Shown here: positions 43,591 through 47,723 of the stretch, piece by piece | Numbering within the stretch: position 1 is the first letter of the stretch | Layout: every line of letters begins with the position of its first letter | Source of the DNA: an uncultured Clostridia bacterium | Lineage (GTDB): Bacteria; Bacillota; Clostridia; Christensenellales; Borkfalkiaceae | Direction of reading: 5' to 3' | DNA: 47,723 nucleotides | Assembly (NCBI GenBank): GCA_964426105.1 | Contig: CAYRPB010000001.1 | Coordinates: 1-47,723 of the forward strand | Notes under the pieces: generated by a model | What the model was told of the DNA's origin: nothing | The model's database searches: none | What the model saw: only the letters and a program-made list of their open reading frames with translations | Made by a program: the position numbers and the translations under genes

Positions 43591-44021
43591 AGCGTATTTT
43601 ATTCGTTTGTACAGGGAATACTTGTCGCAGCCCGATGGCTGAGGCTATTCTAAGACAAAAGTTGAAATGGGCTGGAATCAGGGGAATTGCTGTTTCTTCT
43701 GCCGGCATCGGCGCGGTTGACGGAGAAAAAATGTCTCCGAATGCGTTTCTTGCGTTAAAGCAACTCGGGATCACTTGTTATTCCTTTCGATCCAGACGGT
43801 TAACCGAAAAAATATTGTTACGCAGCGATCTCGTGATTACCATGACGGAAGCGCAAAAGAAATCGATTTCCCGAAAAGACGGCGTTTATACGGCTGCTGA
43901 AATTGCCGGGGGCAGGGAGATTGCAGATCCGTTCGGCGGATCGCAAGAAGAATATATTCGCGTTTCTCACGAGTTGGAACGCGTTTGTAACGTATTATTG
44001 CAAAAAATGACGGAGGTATAA
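43587..44021 (+). CDS. ywlE: Low-molecular-weight protein phosphatase (YwlE-like, protein arginine/tyrosine phosphatase)
   Basis: 144 aa. P-loop VCTGNTCRSPMAE (CX5R(S/T)) and the DPFGG general-acid region. The order ywlC-ywlE-ywlF mirrors B. subtilis. ATGA overlap with tsaC. Confidence 0.82.
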   Translation: MKRILFVCTGNTCRSPMAEAILRQKLKWAGIRGIAVSSAGIGAVDGEKMSPNAFLALKQLGITCYSFRSRRLTEKILLRSDLVITMTEAQKKSISRKDGVYTAAEIAGGREIADPFGGSQEEYIRVSHELERVCNVLLQKMTEV

Positions 44022-44025
44022 GATT

Positions 44026-44484
44026 ATGAAAATTGCTATCGGCTGTGATCACGGCGGTTTGATTTTAAAACCGACATTGATCGAGTTTTTGGAAAAAAAT
44101 AATATCGAATACCGTGATTTCGGTACTTACGGCGCGGAATCCGTGGATTATCCGGATTACGCTTTGCCGGTTTCCGAAGCGGTTGCCTGCGGAGAATATG
44201 ACTACGGTATCCTGATTTGCGGAACGGGAATCGGAATGTCGATTGCCGCGAATAAAGTTACGGGAATTCGTTGCGCGCTTTGTCACGACGTGTTTAGCGC
44301 AAAGGCAACGCGGCTTCATAATAACGCGAATATGCTTGCTTTCGGCGCGCGTGTCATCGGCGCAGGTTTAATGTTGGAAATCGTTCAAGCGTTTTTGGGA
44401 ACAGAATTTGAGGGAGCGCGACATGTTCGTCGCCTTGAAAAGATTGCCTCAATCGAAAAAAAGTACAACGGGAGCGTAAAATGA
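44026..44484 (+). CDS. rpiB: Ribose-5-phosphate isomerase B
   Basis: 152 aa. MKIAIGCDHGG, GILICGTGIGMSIAANK, and the N.L..G region typical of RpiB/LacAB. Confidence 0.92.
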   Translation: MKIAIGCDHGGLILKPTLIEFLEKNNIEYRDFGTYGAESVDYPDYALPVSEAVACGEYDYGILICGTGIGMSIAANKVTGIRCALCHDVFSAKATRLHNNANMLAFGARVIGAGLMLEIVQAFLGTEFEGARHVRRLEKIASIEKKYNGSVK

Positions 44485-45356
44485 GGGTAAGAAAAGCAGT
44501 TATCCCTGCGGCAGGGTTAGGGACTCGTTTTTTGCCGATTACCAAGGCGATTCCGAAACCGATGCTTCCGATTGTCGATAAGCCGTCCATTCATTATATT
44601 GTGGAAGAGGCGGTAGAGGCAGGAATAAAAGACATTGTAATCGTCGTGAGCGAGAAAACCGATGCGATCGAGACGTATTTTTCGGAAAATTCTGCGCTGG
44701 AAGCAAAGTTAAAAAGAGAGGGAAAGACCGATCTTTATCGCTCTGCGGCAGAACCGTCGCGAATGGCAAAAATACAATTTGTCACGCAAACGGATTTAAA
44801 CGGGCTTGCCGGGGCGATTTTATGCGCGGAACGCATTATCGGAAAAGAACCGTTTGCTCTTTTGTTGGGCGATGAAGTTATTTTCCATGAAGAAAAGGAA
44901 ACGCCTTGTATAAAGAAGTTGATCGACGTTTATCAAGATACGAATAAAAGCGTAATTGCTACGATGAAAGTTTCAAAAGAGAATTTATCGAAATACGGCA
45001 ATCTCGGAATCAAGGATAAACGGGCGGATCGTAAAATCGTTACCAAAATCGTGGAAAAGCCGAAACAAGGAGAAGAACTCTCCGATTATGCGATCATCGG
45101 TCGATACGTCTTTTCCAACGAGATTTTCGATTACATTAAAAAATCGCGCGTATTAAACGGGGAAATCTATCTGACGGATGCGTTGGAGATTCTTGCGGAG
45201 AAAAGTCGTTTATTGGCGACGCGTTTTGAGGGGACTCGGTACGATATCGGGGATAAAGCCGGATACGTATCTGCGAATATCGCTTATGCGTTAAAGCGAG
45301 GCGATCTTTCTGCCGAAATCGGCAATTTTATTAAAACAATATCCGAACGCTTATGA
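44481..45356 (+). CDS. galU: UTP--glucose-1-phosphate uridylyltransferase
   Basis: 291 aa. KAVIPAAGLGTRFLPITKAIPKPMLPIVDKP signature and LLGDE. ATGA overlap with rpiB. Confidence 0.92.
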   Translation: MRVRKAVIPAAGLGTRFLPITKAIPKPMLPIVDKPSIHYIVEEAVEAGIKDIVIVVSEKTDAIETYFSENSALEAKLKREGKTDLYRSAAEPSRMAKIQFVTQTDLNGLAGAILCAERIIGKEPFALLLGDEVIFHEEKETPCIKKLIDVYQDTNKSVIATMKVSKENLSKYGNLGIKDKRADRKIVTKIVEKPKQGEELSDYAIIGRYVFSNEIFDYIKKSRVLNGEIYLTDALEILAEKSRLLATRFEGTRYDIGDKAGYVSANIAYALKRGDLSAEIGNFIKTISERL

Positions 45357-46636
45357 ATCTTCTTTTTTATCATGCAAAAATTTCCCCTACTGCAGATTCT
45401 GAAATAATAGACGGCGAAGTGCACGTATCGGACGGAAAAATTATCTACGTCGGGAAAGAAAAAGCCTTTGATGCGGATCGTCGTATCGATTGTAACGGGA
45501 ACCTCTTGATGCCGGGATTCGCAAACGCGCATACCCATTCCGCAATGACGTTGTTTCGCGGATTTGCAGACGATCTGCCGTTGCAAGAATGGTTGTACGA
45601 CCGTATTTTTCCGTTGGAATCGTATTTGACGGAAGAAGACGTTTATTGGGGGACGATGCTCGCGTTGGCGGAATACGTGCGCGGCGGCACGACCGCAATT
45701 GCGGATATGTACTATGCGGAGGACACGATCATTCAAGCTGTTGAAAAGTCGGAACTTGCTATGGGAATGTGGGCAGGAGTCTCCGATTTGACGGGCAAAA
45801 CCAACGAAGCGTTAAAGCATGCAGAGGAGTATTATTTAAAATATCGGGACAACGAGCGTATCCGTTATCATTTAGGCGTACACTCGGAATATCTTGCGTC
45901 GGATGCGTTGCTATACGGAATGGCTGACCTTTCGCAAACATACGGTGCGCCGACAACTGCTCACGTAAGCGAAACTTTAAAGGAAACGGGAGAATGTACG
46001 GTCAGAAGAAACTTGACGCCTGCTCAATTTTTACACAAGATCGGATATTTTGATTTTGGCGGCGTCATTGCGCACGGAACTTATCTCGATAAGGATGACG
46101 TAGCGTTGTTGGCGGAAAAAGGCGTTTATTGTGCCTCTAATCCCGGGAGCAATCTCAAACTTGCAAGCGGAATCGCGCCCATTTATTCCATGTTGAAAAA
46201 TAATATGAGAGTCTGTCTCGGAACAGACGGCGCGGCTAGCAATAACGCGCTTTCCATGTTCCGCGAAATGTATTTGCTTTCGTGTTTGCAAAAAGGAACG
46301 ATGAAGGACGCGACTGCCGTTCCTGCCGAACAGGCGATTGCTTGCGCAACGCTCAACGGATATCGAGCTTTGGGATTGAACGGCGGTACGTTAGAAATCG
46401 GAAATCCGGCAGATATGATATTATTGGATTTATCCGCGCCGAATTTCCGTCCGCTCAACGACGTAAAAAAACATATCGTTTATTCTGCCGATACCGCAAA
46501 CGTGCTGATGACGGTTGCGAACGGTAAGATCGTTTATAATCAAGGAAATTACGATATCGGAGAAGATATCGATGAAATCTATCGCAAAGCGGAGAAATGT
46601 ATCCGTCGGTTAAAAAGCAAGGCTGGAATGAAATAA
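45353..46636 (+). CDS. mtaD: Amidohydrolase, MtaD-like 5-methylthioadenosine/S-adenosylhomocysteine deaminase
   Basis: 427 aa. Metal-binding MPGFANAHTHSAMTLFRGFADDLPLQEWL, HVSE, and GTDGAASNN. ATGA overlap with galU. Confidence 0.8.
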   Translation: MNLLFYHAKISPTADSEIIDGEVHVSDGKIIYVGKEKAFDADRRIDCNGNLLMPGFANAHTHSAMTLFRGFADDLPLQEWLYDRIFPLESYLTEEDVYWGTMLALAEYVRGGTTAIADMYYAEDTIIQAVEKSELAMGMWAGVSDLTGKTNEALKHAEEYYLKYRDNERIRYHLGVHSEYLASDALLYGMADLSQTYGAPTTAHVSETLKETGECTVRRNLTPAQFLHKIGYFDFGGVIAHGTYLDKDDVALLAEKGVYCASNPGSNLKLASGIAPIYSMLKNNMRVCLGTDGAASNNALSMFREMYLLSCLQKGTMKDATAVPAEQAIACATLNGYRALGLNGGTLEIGNPADMILLDLSAPNFRPLNDVKKHIVYSADTANVLMTVANGKIVYNQGNYDIGEDIDEIYRKAEKCIRRLKSKAGMK

Positions 46637-46956
46637 TGAATACGGAAAAAACTTGCCCGTCCTGCGGAACAAAACTAAGCGTTTTTTTTGAAACTTCCAT
46701 GCTGGGGTGTCCGAACTGCTATCGCGCTTTTGAAAGTGAATTAAAGCCGATTTTGCGAGAAATGCAAGGAAAAATCGTTCACGTCGGGAAAAATCCGGGA
46801 ATTTCCAGTGTGGATTACGAGTTAATCTATGCGTATGACTCTTTTTTGAGAGAAAAAGAAAAGGCGATTTTAGACGGAGATACGAGAAAGGCGGCTGAAA
46901 TAAGCGAAGAATTAAAGGAACTTTTCAAAGAATTGGAAAAACGGGGTTTGCGATAA
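46636..46956 (+). CDS. mcsA: McsA-like protein (zinc-finger + UVR-like motif; arginine kinase activator), short form
   Basis: ATG at 46636 (TAATG overlap with mtaD; the ORF-track start at 46597 lies inside mtaD). 106 aa. CPSCG...CPNCY Cys4 cluster, then a helical EKAILDGDTRKAAEISEELKELFKELE segment. Lies directly upstream of mcsB. Confidence 0.62.
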   Translation: MNTEKTCPSCGTKLSVFFETSMLGCPNCYRAFESELKPILREMQGKIVHVGKNPGISSVDYELIYAYDSFLREKEKAILDGDTRKAAEISEELKELFKELEKRGLR

Positions 46957-47723
46957 TGGAAGTTTATCGTCCGAACGATTTGGATTACAATATCATATCT
47001 TCCCGTGTGCGGCTCGCGCGCAACTTGATGAGCGAACGTTTTTTTATCGAGGATTCCGCATTTGCGAAGAGCGTCGTTCAACGTGCGTTGACGGCAGTCA
47101 ATCGCTTAGAGTCGTTTGACCTTTTGTTTTTGTCGTCTGTTCCGGAATTGATCGGAGAGGCATTAAAAGAAAAGCATTTGATTAGTCAAAAACTGATTGA
47201 CAATCGTGCAAGAAGTGCCGTTCTTATCAATCGTGAAGAAAATATTTCTATCATGATACACGAAGAAGACGTGTTTCGGGAGCAGTGCTTTATGCGCGGT
47301 TTACGAATTGCAGAAGCATATAAAGCCTTATCGCTTGTAGACGAATCGCTTGCAAAAACCTTTCATTTGGCGTTTGATTCAAAACTGGGCTATCTTACCT
47401 CGTGCCCGACGAACGTCGGAACAGGAATGCGCGCATCCGTCATGTTGTTTTTGCCGGCATTGACCGAAAGCGGTCGATTGAGGGAATTGGTCCCGAAAAT
47501 CAAGGAACTCGGTTTGACTATACGCGGTGTATACGGGGAAGGCAGTAGCGCCGATTGTTATATGTATCAAGTAAGCAACGAGGTAACGCTCGGCGTTTCG
47601 GAGCAACAGATTTTAGACAGCGTTGAAGATACCGTTTTGAAACTGTGCGAAGCAGAACAAAAAACATGTCGCGAGTATTATCGAAAAAATCGCTTGCAGG
47701 TTGTGGATCGCTGCGGACGCGCG
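46956..47723 (+). CDS. mcsB: Protein arginine kinase McsB (5' part; the ORF runs off the window end)
   Basis: Not in the ORF track because no stop is reached. My own translation from the ATG at 46956 (TAATG overlap with mcsA) gives 256 codons: MEVYRPNDLDYNIISSRVRLARNL...LGYLTSCPTNVGTGMRASVMLFLPAL...GLTIRGVYGEGS...YQVSNEVTLG, the ATP:guanido phosphotransferase signature. Confidence 0.85.
   Translation, partial: MEVYRPNDLDYNIISSRVRLARNLMSERFFIEDSAFAKSVVQRALTAVNRLESFDLLFLSSVPELIGEALKEKHLISQKLIDNRARSAVLINREENISIMIHEEDVFREQCFMRGLRIAEAYKALSLVDESLAKTFHLAFDSKLGYLTSCPTNVGTGMRASVMLFLPALTESGRLRELVPKIKELGLTIRGVYGEGSSADCYMYQVSNEVTLGVSEQQILDSVEDTVLKLCEAEQKTCREYYRKNRLQVVDRCGRA

Noticed and set aside
1-47723. 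A search for CRISPR arrays, rRNA/tRNA genes, transposases, integrases, phage structural genes, toxin-antitoxin pairs or known defence-system genes.
   Set aside because: I saw no direct-repeat/spacer periodicity and no cloverleaf-like GC-rich RNA genes in the few intergenic gaps. Every long ORF has a housekeeping or conserved-hypothetical character. This was a by-eye scan only; tRNAscan, Infernal or a defence-system finder would be the decisive check.

Overview
This is a dense, almost gap-free chromosomal window from a Bacillota (Clostridia-like) genome. All family calls are by-eye motif recognition; no searches were run.

**Overall content.** I count about 47 protein genes. I saw no rRNA or tRNA, no CRISPR array, no transposase, integrase or phage genes, and no recognisable defence island. 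Most of the window is housekeeping:
- Minus strand, left end: guaA, then sepF-ylmE-asd.
- Plus strand: a membrane protein, methyltransferase, hslO and TPR block, then asnS-plsX-rnc-smc-ftsY, and pyrG.
- Minus strand: a DnaB/DnaD-like initiator plus a DnaI-like helicase loader.
- Plus strand, about 17.5 kb with no visible terminator: sbcD, sbcC, hydrolase-like, DUF951, lepB, ACT/UPF0210, pepF, replicative helicase, tsaC/sua5, ywlE, rpiB, galU, mtaD, mcsA and mcsB. mcsB is partial, runs off the window and is missing from the ORF track.

**Region most worth a second look: 19.3-26.0 kb, a nitrogen-assimilation neighbourhood.**
- A fused double-DUF1538 membrane protein is translationally coupled to two divergent PII-like genes. 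To my knowledge this module has no established function.
- A type III glutamine synthetase (glnN) lies tail-to-tail with that module.
- Divergent from glnN is a degenerate type-I-like GS, followed by an ANTAR regulator whose receiver domain lacks the phospho-acceptor Asp.
- The 349-bp glnN/GS-like control region holds two back-to-back near-consensus promoters. Both predicted transcripts begin with the same ATAAAAG(G)ACA element.
- In each leader a 4-bp hairpin with an AA(A/G)GG(C/G) hexaloop overlaps the 5' arm of a larger hairpin. On the glnN side the larger hairpin is a terminator with a U-tract. I read this as a candidate ANTAR-type attenuator pair.

**Smaller points.**
- An unannotated 42-codon ORF (10311-10439) has its own RBS and terminator.
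- The replicative helicase carries an acidic C-terminal tail with an SSB-like tip.
- The alpha/beta-hydrolase-like protein after sbcCD lacks its nucleophile.
- mcsA-mcsB have no ctsR upstream, and ywlE lies in the same gene array.
- I shortened several ORF-track N-terminal extensions to RBS-supported internal starts.

I found no clear novel defence or mobile system. The DUF1538/PII module and the twin GS leaders are the best leads.
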